Notes under the pieces: model-generated | Seen by the model: only the letters and a program-made list of their open reading frames with translations | Told to the model about the DNA's origin: nothing | Databases searched by the model: none | Position numbers and translations under genes: made by a program | Part shown: positions 42,498 through 54,582 of the stretch, one piece after another | Numbering within the stretch: position 1 is the stretch's first letter | Layout: each line of letters opens with the position of its first letter | Source of the DNA: Flectonema sp. DT1601 | Taxonomy: Eukaryota | Reading direction: 5' to 3' | DNA: 64,000 nucleotides | Assembly (NCBI GenBank): GCA_964019425.1 | Contig: OZ025782.1 | Coordinates: 186,001 to 250,000, forward strand

Positions 42498-43051
42498 CGT
42501 AGCATCTCATTCTAATGAAAAAAAAAAAATAAAGATGAGATATAATAATATTATTCTAAGGTTATTATTGAAGAAAAAGGAGAAGCTGGGTTGATTGTGA
42601 TGTCGCTTCCTGTTACAATTAAAATATATTAAAATTATTTGACAAAAACTTTTTGTCCGAGTCACTTAACAGAAAGACTCATGAGTACAGTACATCGATT
42701 ACGCTAACAAAGGATTAATGAATTTAGAAGGGAAAAAAAAAAAAAGAAAAGATACATAAAAACCCCAACCTGCTACCCAAGAGAGTAGCACACGCACCAC
42801 GTCTAAAAGTGAATCGCGGTCAAATTATTTATAAGAAAACAAACACAGAGTAAGACTAAAAGGTTAGATATGACTACAGAAACTTCTCTTTTCCTTTTTT
42901 TTTCTTACTCATTTACATTTAGTTTTTTCGAAATCGAAATAAAACTTAAAGTTAAAAAACAATAACTAAACAGAGAACGAATTAATTACTTAAAATCAAG
43001 AAGTAGCTTCGATAAGAGGAATGAGATAAAAAACTTTCTCATTTGGTATAA

Positions 43052-43282
43052 ATCCCTACCGTCCTACTCAAGACCGGCTTTTGAATACCGGACCTCGGCC
43101 GACTATGGGTGGATCGCTTGAGCATCATCCATTTTCGGGACCGGTTCATTCGGCAGGTGAGTTGTTACACACTCATTATCGGATGCCGACTTCCATGGCC
43201 ACCGTCCTGCTGTCTAGATGAACCGACACCCTTTGTGGGATCTGATGAGCGACCACTCGGACACCTTAAGTCAGCTCTCAGT
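43052..43282 (-). pseudogene. Isolated ~230-nt fragment of eukaryotic LSU (28S) rRNA
   Basis: The minus strand contains conserved LSU strings such as GACAGCAGGACGGTGGCCATGGAAGTCGG and GAGTGTGTAACAACTCACCTGCCGAAT. Flanks are AT-rich and not rDNA. Confidence 0.9.
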
Positions 43283-43672
43283 TGCGTATCGGATGCCGAC
43301 TTCTATGCATGCGATGATCACCACTAATGCGATCAACATACAACTCCTACGTAGATACAGAGGGGATTACATCTCTTAAAGAAGAAGAAGAAGAAGAACA
43401 AGAACAAGAAAAAAAGAAAAGGTAATTTGGAGCTTTTTTTTTTTTTTTCCTCTCTCTCTTAAAACAAACAAACAAACAAACAAACAAACAGCGAGATATC
43501 AACACATATGTCAATTATCTTTTATATGTCAGCCTCAGGAATTAATAAGAAAATTCTCATCTGATGAAGTCAACCACCAGTTTGACAACAAAGGTAAGAC
43601 TAGTTAGTGAACATTGCAAGCCGCGAAAGATTCTTAAAAAGACTTTGTTGCTTCACGAGGGAATGAAAGAAG

Positions 43673-44905
43673 CTATCGTCTACCGGTTAATATTCTGTAA
43701 TGATTAAATAATTCTTTTACTGATGCGTTGAGGTCGCTTGGATCCGCTGGAACAACAACCATCGGAGACAACGGAGTGACAGCTACTCGTAGATCGTTAA
43801 CCAAACTTGTTATCGATGTAGCAAGTACACCCATCTGTGATTGTTTTATTTCAGTTATAGAAGCGCTGTGATGAAGTTCAGCTTGTAGAGCATCTAATTG
43901 CTTTGTAAGCTCGTGATTAATACGTTTAAGATCTCTAATTTCCGTAGTCGCTTCGAGATTATGTTGTTTTTGAAGTCGGAGTTTGTGACCTTTTTGAGAG
44001 GCAACCTTTGCAAAACAATCAGCTTTTTCTACTAACATACGACGTTCGATATCACCCTGGTCTAAGCAGACTTTCGCAAGGTTTGCTTCTCTTTCCCAAT
44101 ATTCATGGTCATAGGGACATGGGGTTGTAACTTCAACTGGGACTGTTCGAGTCACTACCGTTGGCAGTGACACATGCATTGGTTGTATCAACATGCTGCT
44201 ACTACCAGACAGCTTAGTTGAGATATTCTTATTGCGTATTTCACTTATGCTGTTGCTAAGCTGTTCATTCGTCTCCCTCAGAGCCTGTATTTGATCGCTG
44301 CTATTGCTATTTATTTTATTCAAAGATGTGAATTCATTTGCTTGTTCGTTGAGTTCCTGCTGGAGGGCTGAATTTTTTTCTTTTAATAAAACATTAGTTT
44401 TAGTTGTTTGCTCAAGATCTTCTTTGAGATAACTAATTATTTGATCATTTGCAGGAATTTGTCGGAACCTTGTCAACTCATCTGTTAAAGACTTGATTTC
44501 CAAGTGGTATTGTGAATGTTTTATTTCAGTTTCTTGCTGTTGATGTCGTGTTTCAAGTTCGTGTTCCAAACGAATAGTTTCTAAAGAATTTGTTAAGTTG
44601 TCGATAAGTTGCTGTTGTTGATTCTCTGCTGCCTCCATAGTTTTTATTTTTTCCTCAAGTTGCTCAATCTGCATCGACATTTCGACTTGTGAATTCGAAG
44701 CCTTTTCTCTCTCTGCCAATAACGCTTCTTCCGTACGGAGTAGTTGGGTTCTGAGTGCTTCTGTTGCGTGTGTTTCTTCCTCGAGTTCGCTTCTTATATT
44801 CGTCACTTCCGCCTCAACACGAATCTTCGCCTCGTCAAGTTCTTGACATTTTTGTCGTATTTTTTCTAACACATCTTTCTCTTGAACTTGCTGACTATCG
44901 CTCAT
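43673..44905 (-). CDS. Coiled-coil protein of unknown function
   Basis: 410 aa, E/Q/K/L heptad-rich ORF on the gene strand. Confidence 0.75.
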   Translation of the reverse strand: MSDSQQVQEKDVLEKIRQKCQELDEAKIRVEAEVTNIRSELEEETHATEALRTQLLRTEEALLAEREKASNSQVEMSMQIEQLEEKIKTMEAAENQQQQLIDNLTNSLETIRLEHELETRHQQQETEIKHSQYHLEIKSLTDELTRFRQIPANDQIISYLKEDLEQTTKTNVLLKEKNSALQQELNEQANEFTSLNKINSNSSDQIQALRETNEQLSNSISEIRNKNISTKLSGSSSMLIQPMHVSLPTVVTRTVPVEVTTPCPYDHEYWEREANLAKVCLDQGDIERRMLVEKADCFAKVASQKGHKLRLQKQHNLEATTEIRDLKRINHELTKQLDALQAELHHSASITEIKQSQMGVLATSITSLVNDLRVAVTPLSPMVVVPADPSDLNASVKELFNHYRILTGRR

Positions 44906-45911
44906 CTTTTTTTTTTTTTTTTTCTTCCACTCTTCTTTCCCTTTAGATAATAAGGCAATAAAAACAACAAAAACAAAAGCAAAGTATCAAATAACATTCA
45001 CTCGCTCTGTCTATGAAAATCGTATCCTGATGAGAGAATGGAGGGTCAAATGAATTAAAATACATCGACATCACAGTGCTAACCAAGTATGATGCTAAAC
45101 CGTTTGAGGTATAAACAAATATAAAAAAACAACAACAAAAAACAAAACAAAAAAAAACAATCTTAGGCAAGGGGATACATACAGCAATTAACTGTATTTT
45201 CATTTTTTAAAAAATTATTTTTTGTGTGCTTTTTTTAATTTGCTTGTTTTTCAAGCTTTTTTAGATCAATCCGAAGGCCATGTGAGAAAATTGGGGGACA
45301 GGGTGACCATCGACGTGTTCTCTAACTATTTTCCATGGTCAATAGTTAGTTCAACGAGTTGCTCCTCTGTTGATAAAAAAAAGAGAGGAATAGTCGCTAA
45401 GCAGCAGCTGTACGGAGTTCCATAAGTAACACCGTCAGCCTAGAAACAACAAAGAATATGTTCCCTACAATGTTGCCTAACGAGCTACTAAATAAAATGA
45501 AATAAAGTGAACTAGAATATGGCCTGACACATCTCTTCGTCATAGTGCTGACGAAGATGAATCAAAATCAGTCCACAAGTTTCATCGCTCACAAGTTTTG
45601 CGCGGGTCAATATCGTCTTTTTTTTTTTTGATTTTTTTGATTTTTTTTTTTTTTTTTCCAATTTTCCTTTTCAGAAAACACCAACACGGCAAAATGCACT
45701 AAGTAACAACCAAACCATGCCTTCTCTTCACACGATAGGTCATGATCAGAGAAAAGGAATAGTTTGTGTCGTAGTTTATTGGCGTAACGATACTAATTGT
45801 TTTTTTTTTTCTTTTTCTAAACTTAAACAGACGAAGTGACCTCTTGAATGAAAATAAAAATTTAAGAAATGAAAGATTTCACTTCTAAATAGTGGAGCAG
45901 AGTGAAGTTAT

Positions 45912-46370
45912 TTATGCCTCATCTGGAGCACCAGTCTTCTGACGAGCCTGTTCAGCAGCTCCAAGGAACTTGACTCTGATGGCACCGTTTCCGTAACAAA
46001 TGAGAAGGATCCAGTTGATAACCTGACACATGATGATACCTGCTGCTGCTGCACGTGCTGAGTCTCTAATCTCAGAATCGATGTTGTCATTGTCAGCCAA
46101 CTGAAGCCAGAACTCAGTCTGAGTCATCAAGTAAGCTCCAGCCATGGCACAGAATCCAACAATTACTTGAGACCATTCCTCAGCCTTGTCAGTGAACACT
46201 GCTACAATCACGCAGACCAACAAGAAGAATTCAAACCAACATCCCCACCACAGAGGTCTCATTGCTTCATTGGACAGGTTTGCCTTGTCATGGTAAGCTG
46301 CGGTACCCGCCAACAACAGAAGCCAGGCGATCAAAGTGAGGACTAGAAGAACGATGGTAACAACACGCAT
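45912..46370 (-). CDS. 4-TM membrane protein, LCI1/Sho1-TM-like (copy 1, 152 aa)
   Basis: ATG at 46370; near-identical to 47238..47696; motifs LTLIAW..AG..KAN, WWGCWFE, AAAAGIIMCQVIN. Confidence 0.8.
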   Translation of the reverse strand: MRVVTIVLLVLTLIAWLLLLAGTAAYHDKANLSNEAMRPLWWGCWFEFFLLVCVIVAVFTDKAEEWSQVIVGFCAMAGAYLMTQTEFWLQLADNDNIDSEIRDSARAAAAGIIMCQVINWILLICYGNGAIRVKFLGAAEQARQKTGAPDEA

Positions 46371-47237
46371 TTTTTGTTTTTTAAAAGTGTTTTTTTGGAT
46401 AACTAAATAGCTGTGAGGAAAGTTACAATAAGTAAAAAGCTCGGTGACCAACAAATAATCCACGAGAATATCCTTCGAGAGGAGGCCGGCTGGTGTGTGC
46501 CTTGGCAGGCTGGTACCAAATTGATGCGCAAAAATGACACGGCCAACAAGGATCTTAAAAAACAACAACATACACGCTATTTTTGAAATTGTATCCTGTA
46601 AGAGAATGGGTTGGTTAATCGGTTTGTATATTTTTTAATACAACCAGGCAAATAGACCAATCTGAAGGCAATGCGAGTAAATTTGGAGACGACAGAGACA
46701 ATTGACGTGTTCTCTATCTATTGACCATGGTCATTAGTTGGTTCAACGACTTGCTCCTTCTGTTGATCGAGAAAAGAGAGGAATTGCTGATAGAAACAAC
46801 AAAATAATTTGTTTCTAACAATGTTGCTTAACGAGCGATTAAGTTGGAATAAAACAAAACGAAAAGAGAGAAGAAGTACATGTGACGGAGACGACAGACC
46901 CCTTTCACAAGTTCTACATGCTTTACATTAGGGTCAGCTTCGCGTATCTTTTAATTTTCTTTTTTCTTTGAACTTTCTTGTACAGAAAATGCCCCCCCGG
47001 ATGGGTGACTAACTACATTTTGAGATTTTTCAAACAAGATTCCTTCTCTTTACACTTTAATTCATGATCAGAGAAAAGGAATAGTTTGTGTCGTAGTTTA
47101 TTAGCGTAACGATACTAATTGTTTTTTTCTTCTTTTTCTAAACTTAAACAGACGAAGTGACCCCAGTCATTGAATGGAAATAAAAATTTAAGAAATGAAA
47201 AATTTCACTTCTAAATAGTGGAGCAGAGTGAAGTTAT

Positions 47238-47696
47238 TTATGCCTCATCTGGAGCACCAGTCTTCTGACGAGCCTGTTCAGCAGCTCCAAGGAACTTGAC
47301 TCTGATGGCACCGTTTCCGTAACAAATGAGAAGGATCCAGTTGATAACCTGACACATGATGATACCTGCTGCTGCTGCACGTGCTGAGTCTCTAATCTCA
47401 GAATCGATGTTGTCATTGTCAGCTAACTGAAGCCAGAACTCAGTCTGAGTCATCAAGTAAGCTCCAGCCATGGCACAGAATCCAACAATTACTTGAGACC
47501 ACTCCTCAGCCTTGTCAGTGAACACTGCTACAATCACGCAGACCAACAAGAAGAATTCAAACCAACATCCCCACCACAGAGGTCTCATTGCTTCATTGGA
47601 CAGGTTTGCCTTGTCATGGTAAGCTGCGGTACCCGCCAACAACAGAAGCCAGGCGATCAAAGTGAGGACTAGAAGAACGATGGAAACAACACGCAT
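47238..47696 (-). CDS. 4-TM membrane protein, LCI1/Sho1-TM-like (copy 2, 152 aa)
   Basis: Tandem duplicate; I see 3 nt differences (one T/S change, two silent) and a shared ~170-nt downstream flank. Confidence 0.8.
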   Translation of the reverse strand: MRVVSIVLLVLTLIAWLLLLAGTAAYHDKANLSNEAMRPLWWGCWFEFFLLVCVIVAVFTDKAEEWSQVIVGFCAMAGAYLMTQTEFWLQLADNDNIDSEIRDSARAAAAGIIMCQVINWILLICYGNGAIRVKFLGAAEQARQKTGAPDEA

Positions 47697-48079
47697 TTTT
47701 TGTTTTTTTTGTTTTTAAAGATAACCAAAATAGCTGTGAGGAAAAAAAAGCAGATTCTCTACATCTTGTAACTAGTAGAAAACATCTCGCGAGGTCGAAC
47801 ATATTTTTTTGTTCCAACACATTAATTGAAAATTAAATACCAATTTAAAAAAAAAAACTCACAAAGTTATATTTTCGTCCCATCTGTTTTTTTTTTTTTT
47901 TTTCGGTCGGAAAATAAATAAATACCATTAGATATATATGGCTCCACGTAAAAGTGATGATTTTCTTAATTAAATTCCAATAGTACTCATGAGGGTTTCA
48001 GCACCCGATTTTTTTTTTATTTGATCCCGATATATGGGAACCGCAAGAAAAACACATCGGATTAGGTTGGGGCAAAAGT

Positions 48080-48256
48080 ATCCCGTTTTTTCAAAAATTG
48101 TGCATAATGTGAAAAAATTCATACTCAAAAACTACCTATTTTACAGTCAAAATGTGTACTTTTAATACTTTTTTATAAAAAAATCCACCATCTTTTTTAT
48201 ATACAAAATTGTTATATTCCAAATCTTTTTATACACCATGTTATTTATAGTTTCAG
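48080..48256. mobile_element. Solo terminal fragment of the pogo-like element
   Basis: Diverged copy of ~51170-51366, ending in ...tttatacacc..tatttata..cag|TA. Confidence 0.65.
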
Positions 48257-49602
48257 TAACTAGTTAGTCAGTTATATAATCGCTCTAGGGAGGGTAACTC
48301 ATAGTAACAGAGGACCCAATCCGTAGCCATATCCGAGGATTTCGGTTGGATTGTTGAAGTAGCATCGACTGAAAGATTAATGAATACCTATCTTTCCGCC
48401 TCGCCTAACTTATTAAACTATCGAACTAATTTCGTTAAGGCCTTGAAACAAACGAATAAATTAATAAGTCAGTATGAGTTTTATTGTAAAAAAAAAAAAA
48501 AAAATATATTGTAAATTTTTTCTCTTTCCATACAAGTTGCAATTTTTACAATTCCAACATTATATGAAGCGCTAAGTAACTCGCAACAGGGCACACTATT
48601 GAACAACTGTCGGTCAGCATAATTACCACTTATAAAAATGATAAGTTAGTTAGTATCATTAATTTTAGAACAGAAAAGTGAGAATAAGAAAAGTAGAGAT
48701 CAATAAAAGAAAAGTATTCATTTCTGCAGTTTCCTAACATCAAAGGGTAATAGAATATGTAGTTTCAGGCCTTAATCTTATACTACTTGTCCCTTTTTAG
48801 GCCTTCATCAGTAAGTTCTAAGGGACTTCATTCTATGTTGAAGTTGCTATCGTTCAAAGATAAAATCCCTTTTATATGATAAGTTAGTTAGTTAGATAAC
48901 ATCACTGCCCGGGATAACGATGCAAAAAAAAAAAGGGGGGGGGGAAGACCGTTTGATTAGGTTCATACGAATATAAATGTCTGTATCGTATCAAAGTTCA
49001 AAAGGGGAAAATAGAGATCGTATAAAAAAAGGGAAGAGGGGGAGGTTGAATGTTTGAATTTGTAAAATACAACTATTTTTTTGTATCGCATAAACATAAA
49101 ACGATAATTTAACAATCTGTTAAGGATACAGTGAACTACGGTGATGCTTAGGGGTAAATAGAGATCACAATAAAAAAAAAGGGAGGGTGGATGGTATTTA
49201 ACCATTTATAGCATTGGAGCAGGAGAGAGAAAAAAAAAAGAGGCCCCAGAAATCTATCACAGCAGTATGATAGGCCTGGTTAATAATAATAACAATAACA
49301 AAACATTTAAGAAATCTATTCGTTGCTTTCGCAGACTGCTCAAAGAGAGCCTCCATTACTTTTAGGAAGTTGGACAGGTTTATGTAAACAAATCATCACA
49401 CAGAAGATATAATCAGAAGGCTGATCAGAATACTTATTTTTTTGTGAGGTTCTACATGTTGTTGGTATACATTACCAACAAAAAAAAAAAAGAATTTTAA
49501 AAAATCGTGCACCGAATCGAATTTTGGGCATCGCAAAGTTCCAAAATATTTTTTTTTCCCACTCAGATGACAAAACAAAGGGGGAAAAAAAAAAAAATAA
49601 TA

Positions 49603-51366
49603 CCGTAATTATAAATATCATGGTGTATAAAAAAGTCTCCAAATCAGCAAAAAATGGCCAAATCCACCATCTTTATTATATCCAAAGTTTTTTTAGTACA
49701 ATCATTCACAGAAAACACTTAGCAAAATTCGGATTCCAGAAAAAAAAAAACTTTTTTTTTTGACCTTTTTCTTTTGACTTTGGTACTAAATTATCGACAT
49801 TTTGAACTGGTTAAAGTTCTACAGGCTGGTCTTGTGTACCAACCTGGTGGGGGATTGATAACTAATGTTGAAGTTGCTTCCAGATACATATCAGGACAAC
49901 ATATCCACAAATAACGTTGTTGGTAGCTGGTTGCACACCAGTCTTAATGAATGATGTCAAAATTCCTAAAAGCAGCAAGTAGTAGTCTAGACGAGGCCAA
50001 CTACAACTAAGGAGTTCCCTTCTCCAATCGTTGTAATACACCGAGGTATGAGGTGCGGTATTAAGAAACATGAACTCATGTTCACAACTACAGACTTCAG
50101 GAGCTCGGGTGGATTTGCAGGATTGACAATACCTGCTTTTATAAAACCAGCCATGATAGTATTTTTCGTAATACTATCAAGGGCTGTCACTATCCACCCA
50201 ATTTGCGACTTCGTTTTTGTGAGCTCCTTCATCCATTTTGACATGGGTTCGGATTCAGGAGCTCCCTTTGGACCCTTCCCTTTCGCAGCGCGCTTTAAAG
50301 TTTCTATCAGCTTTTTGCTTTGATTTTTTCAACTTTTCCTCCCGCTTGCGCATCTGCTCTGTCATCCACTCACCAAGAAAGCTTGATGCTTCTTTGAAGT
50401 TGGCCATGACAGTTAGATCCAGCGGCCGGAGATGAGAAGTCCATCCGCCTTGCACCAGCATAACAGTGGTATTGGCTTCTTCAAATCGACGAAGGACTTC
50501 TTCAGTATCTGCCCCCTAAACTGGGCATATACTGCGAGGCCAGGGTGATCCGATTGGAGTGTTTTTTAGTTAGTTTAGATCCGATTGGAGCGTTTCTTAA
50601 TAAAGTATGGGACTATTGCTCCAGAAACCTTGACCGAGCTGATAGGAGTTCTGCTTCAGGCGCTACTTTCGCAGTGGTTCCAAGACGGTATCCAACCCTT
50701 CCGTTCCAGGAACTTGTAGGTCCATGTTGCTTGTAGGTAACCGGAATCCACGCGTTCCGGCGTATCACCTGTGCTTGAAACCAGAGAAGAGAAGCAAACA
50801 CAGAGCCACCATAGGCACGGATATTCTCAATTAAATCGAGCACCCGCTTCCTCATCAGTGGTTAAGATGGTTGGTCTCCCAGATTTCACCTGCCCTTCTA
50901 GTGGTTCTCCCTTTGTCTTCCTCTTTTGTTCCTCAACAAAGAGCTTCATTGCCCTGCCTGCACTGTTGATTTCTTCTTATGGTCCGTGTTGAAGTATGCA
51001 ATCGCCCTTGACACATTGGTGGCAGAGTTCACCATCTCACCGATGTTAAGCCACTCCCCCCTTGACCACTTCTCATAGCAGCGAGACTTTTGTGCTCCTT
51101 TACCCGCTCCTCTTTCTTTATCAAACCCAGCTCCACCTTGCTTACCGACGTCTTCAGGGGTTCAAAAGGATCCCGTTTTTTCAAAAAATTCCGCATAGTG
51201 TGAAAAATTTCATCCCCAAAAACTACCATTTTACAGTCAAAATGTGTACTTTCATACTTTTTTATAAAAATCCACCAAGTTTTTTTTCCGAGAATCCACC
51301 ATCTTTTTTATATCCAAAGTTGTTATACTCCAAATTTTTTATACACCGTGATATTTATAATTACAG
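49603..51366 (-). mobile_element. Degenerate pogo/Tc5-like (DDE_1) DNA transposon
   Basis: ~30-bp imperfect TIRs (ccgtaattataaatatcatggtgtataaaaaa / ttttttatacaccgtgatatttataattacag) with TA on both sides. Broken transposase remnants GRPTILTTDEE, GGWTSHLRPLDLTVMANFK, IMAGFIKAGI. Confidence 0.85.
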
Positions 51367-51382
51367 TAATAATAATAATAAT

Positions 51383-53852
51383 CATAGATGGAAGTGCTCC
51401 AAATTTGGAGGGCGCCTGGTGAAAATCAGCCACAAAAATTTGTAGGGCCATTGTAGGGCCAAAATAGGGCGCTGGAGGGCGCTTTTTTAATTAAATTTAA
51501 TATAATGCCGAGCTCATTTTGACACACCCCTGCCCTCAGCGAGGTCGAATCGTATCTTATTTGACTTTTCTCCGGTTCGCCTGATCAAATGCGTCTCTGG
51601 GATATCAGTTTACTTGCCGCCAGTAAACTTCTTTTTTTTCTCACACGGTACCGTGAAGACCGGCCTATTAACGGTTAGCAGGAACGCACTCTCCCTCCTC
51701 GAATCCCTCTATATTCGACTCGGTGCATTCTGCGGGCTAATCAGCTCCTTGTAGATCTGGGATGCATTGTCCACTGAAATGAGTTTCAGCTTCAGGGATT
51801 GCAGCAGGCTCCGGAAGCTCTCAAGGAGTAGCCCATCGTTTTTGCCATTGTTGACCGCCGAACCATGACCTGGAGGTCTCGGGTTCGAACCCCGTGACAC
51901 CCTTTTTTCTCTTTTTCGAAAGACTGCCAAGCATGTCAAAAATTTTTTTGGCTTCTGCGTCAAAATACTTGTGTGTCGGTGTAAGTCCCCGTCAATTTAG
52001 CTGTCTTATAGTAATAAAAAAGGTAAAAAAAAGCGCCCTCCAAAATAATATTTATATTAACCCTTACACCACCGGAGCTGATATATCAGTCTGAAAAAAA
52101 AATTTTTTTTTGCTAAGTGAAAATTTTGCATTTCTGAGTACAACGATTTCACGGGAGAGGTATTATTGCGATGTCTTTTATGTTCCTTACGTGTTGCGCC
52201 GCAATAGTTTTTATTAAATGGTAAATTTTCCATTTGCTAAAGCTGGCCAAAATCAACTTGGGAAATATGTCGGTCCACAGTTCTGATGAGGATGCAACAG
52301 TATTTGTTAATCCATCGTCGGTGTGCTCCGATTCGTCACTTGACGAAGTATCTGACTCCAAATGGGGAGGGGAGGTAACAAGGGTTACCAAGAATAAAAA
52401 CGCGTTTCCAAGAAACGTTAAAGATTAGAGTTGCACGCAAGTCGGAGCTGCAGGTTTTTGAGCTTTTCTTCAGATAGTCAGTTTTCCAGCTGATGAAGAA
52501 AAACTCTGAGGTCTATGCCTCACAGAGGGGAAGAAAATTTAAAACCGGTACGCAGGAGCGAAGGGCCTTTGTTGGCACAACACTACTGACGCGCCTCCCA
52601 ATAAAATCTAACCTGGGGGATTCCTGGGGTTTGAATGACATGCTGTTGACCCCCCTGTTGTTCTTTCCGCAAGTGTTTTCACGTAATCGCTTTGCCGAAA
52701 TACTGAGGAACTTACACTTCTCTGCGATATTACCTGCTCCCGAGCATGAGGATCCGAAGTGGAGACGTGTATTTTGAATTCCTTTATCCTGATGCGACGT
52801 GGGCATGGTGGAATTTGGACGGATAGTAGTGAATCTGGCTGGAGAAGCAAGAGATTCTTATCCTTCAAATTGGCTTTGTTTTGGGCAGCTTAGGTACATT
52901 TAAACGTACCAGAGCGGCACCAACACTATTAATAACACCATCAGTACCGCCCTCTCCACAATCAGTATCAATCCCTGATCGCCTCAAGCCAGCTTTGGGA
53001 CACTACCCCGGAAAGATGGAAAAGGCTCGTCAGTGTGCAGTTCGCGCAAAGCGCGCACAATCACTAGATTACTGTGAGCGATGCAACCAAGCGCTTTGTG
53101 CTTACCCATATTTCAAAAGGTATCACATTCTCCAAAACTACAAAATTCCTTGTGATGTTCCTAAACCGCCAACTTCCCAAAATCCAGTATGCCAGGCTGG
53201 TGGGGTAAAGAGGTGGAAGTTTATAGATCCAGCCCAACAGGTCTGATCTAAGTAGCTGCACTGTTACTAATGAAGTTCCATGATCTGGGATCGATGTTAT
53301 TTGTATTTTTCGAGCTTATCAACCCCGATGCGGTAATCCTCCTGTGTGTCTGAACCTGCTGTGCCATGATGCGGGTTGTTTGTGTATTTTCCGCGACCAC
53401 AGAGGGCTTTTACAAGCTCAAAAAAACAGGGAAAAAATCTGATTTTTCGATTTAATATCGGCCGTGATTTGGCATTCTCTTTACTTGGGCTCCCTCTGAC
53501 ATGATGTTGCGCAGAAACATCATCCCTTTCAAAATACGGGAAGGGAATAACATGCAGCTTCTATGAATGGAAACCGTTGAGTACGTTATTGCGACACTGC
53601 CGACTTTGTTAGTTCTGCTGAATGTGCAACAACGTACCAAGGTACGCACCGTTAGGTGTGTGAGTGACAGGTGCTATTGACCCGTAGGAGTAGTTGTGTC
53701 CGGTTTGGTACATAGGTTTTCTGGGGGGGTACCTTTTCTCTTTTTGAAAAAACAGTAAAATTTTGGACCCGTCGTTTTGGGGGTTCTTACGGTGGTGTAA
53801 GGGTTAAAAGCGCCCTACACGCCCTCCAAATTGTAGGGCACTTCCATCTATG
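51383..53852. mobile_element. Non-autonomous TIR element (CATAGATGGAAGTGC termini), interrupted by a piggyBac
   Basis: 15-bp perfect TIR plus subterminal AGGGC/GCCCT motifs; (AAT)n on both flanks; second copy at 59593-60215. Confidence 0.85.
52061..53803 (+). mobile_element. Degenerate piggyBac transposon
   Basis: TTAA|CCCTTACACCACCG...CGGTGGTGTAAGGG|TTAA. Remnants FSRNRFAEILRNLHFS and a Cys-rich C-terminus CAV..YCERCNQALC..FKRYH. Confidence 0.93.
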
Positions 53853-53991
53853 AATAATAATAATTAAAATAACAGTTATTAACTAAAATAAATAAAAATT
53901 AGTTGGAATTCTGAATAGAAATAGCAAAATCCACAACAAATGAAAAAGAAACATAACGTGATACTGTAGTCTACTTTCTTCATATTTTTTT

Positions 53992-54485
53992 GGGTTGTGG
54001 ACCAAAATACACCGAAGCTCTGGCCTGATTGTCCCTGGGTTAGAGACACTTGTTCCAGACTTGCAACCAAGAGGGTTCAGAGAGTAACTACTTAAAGTAC
54101 TAGAGGTGCATCACAAGCGTCAGACAGGAGACAAGAGAAATCCAACATCATGAACCTTTAAAAGAGTGATCTTTATGCTCGGTACGTGTGCAGGGCCGGG
54201 TCATCTACGCAGAGACGAGTTTCCTACACGCCGCACCAACCAAGATGAGGTATGAGAGCGCCAAAAACAAGTATACATGATCAGCTGTCTAAGGCTTGAC
54301 ATGAATAGCTGTGGAGTGGCGAAACCATTTAACGTTCCCAAGTCTCACTGATCCACACAAAACTGTCCCTTCAGAGTTTCTGTGAAGTAGCCCACAGAAC
54401 ACCAAAGTTGCAATTACTTTAAAATATTCATTCCCTAGTGAGAATACTTATCTCAGCCATCTCGGTGTATTTTGGTACACTGCCC
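53992..54485. mobile_element. Candidate MITE (~490 bp)
   Basis: Imperfect TIR GGGttGTGgACCAAAATACACCGA / TCGGTGTATTTTGGTaCACtgCCC; no clean TSD. Confidence 0.55.
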
Positions 54486-54582
54486 TATTATTGTTTGAAA
54501 AAAAGAGACCTTCAGCTAATAAAAATCATTTCATTGAGAGAGCAGCCAGTGTTTGAATAATATATATTTTAGTGAGTTTCTT

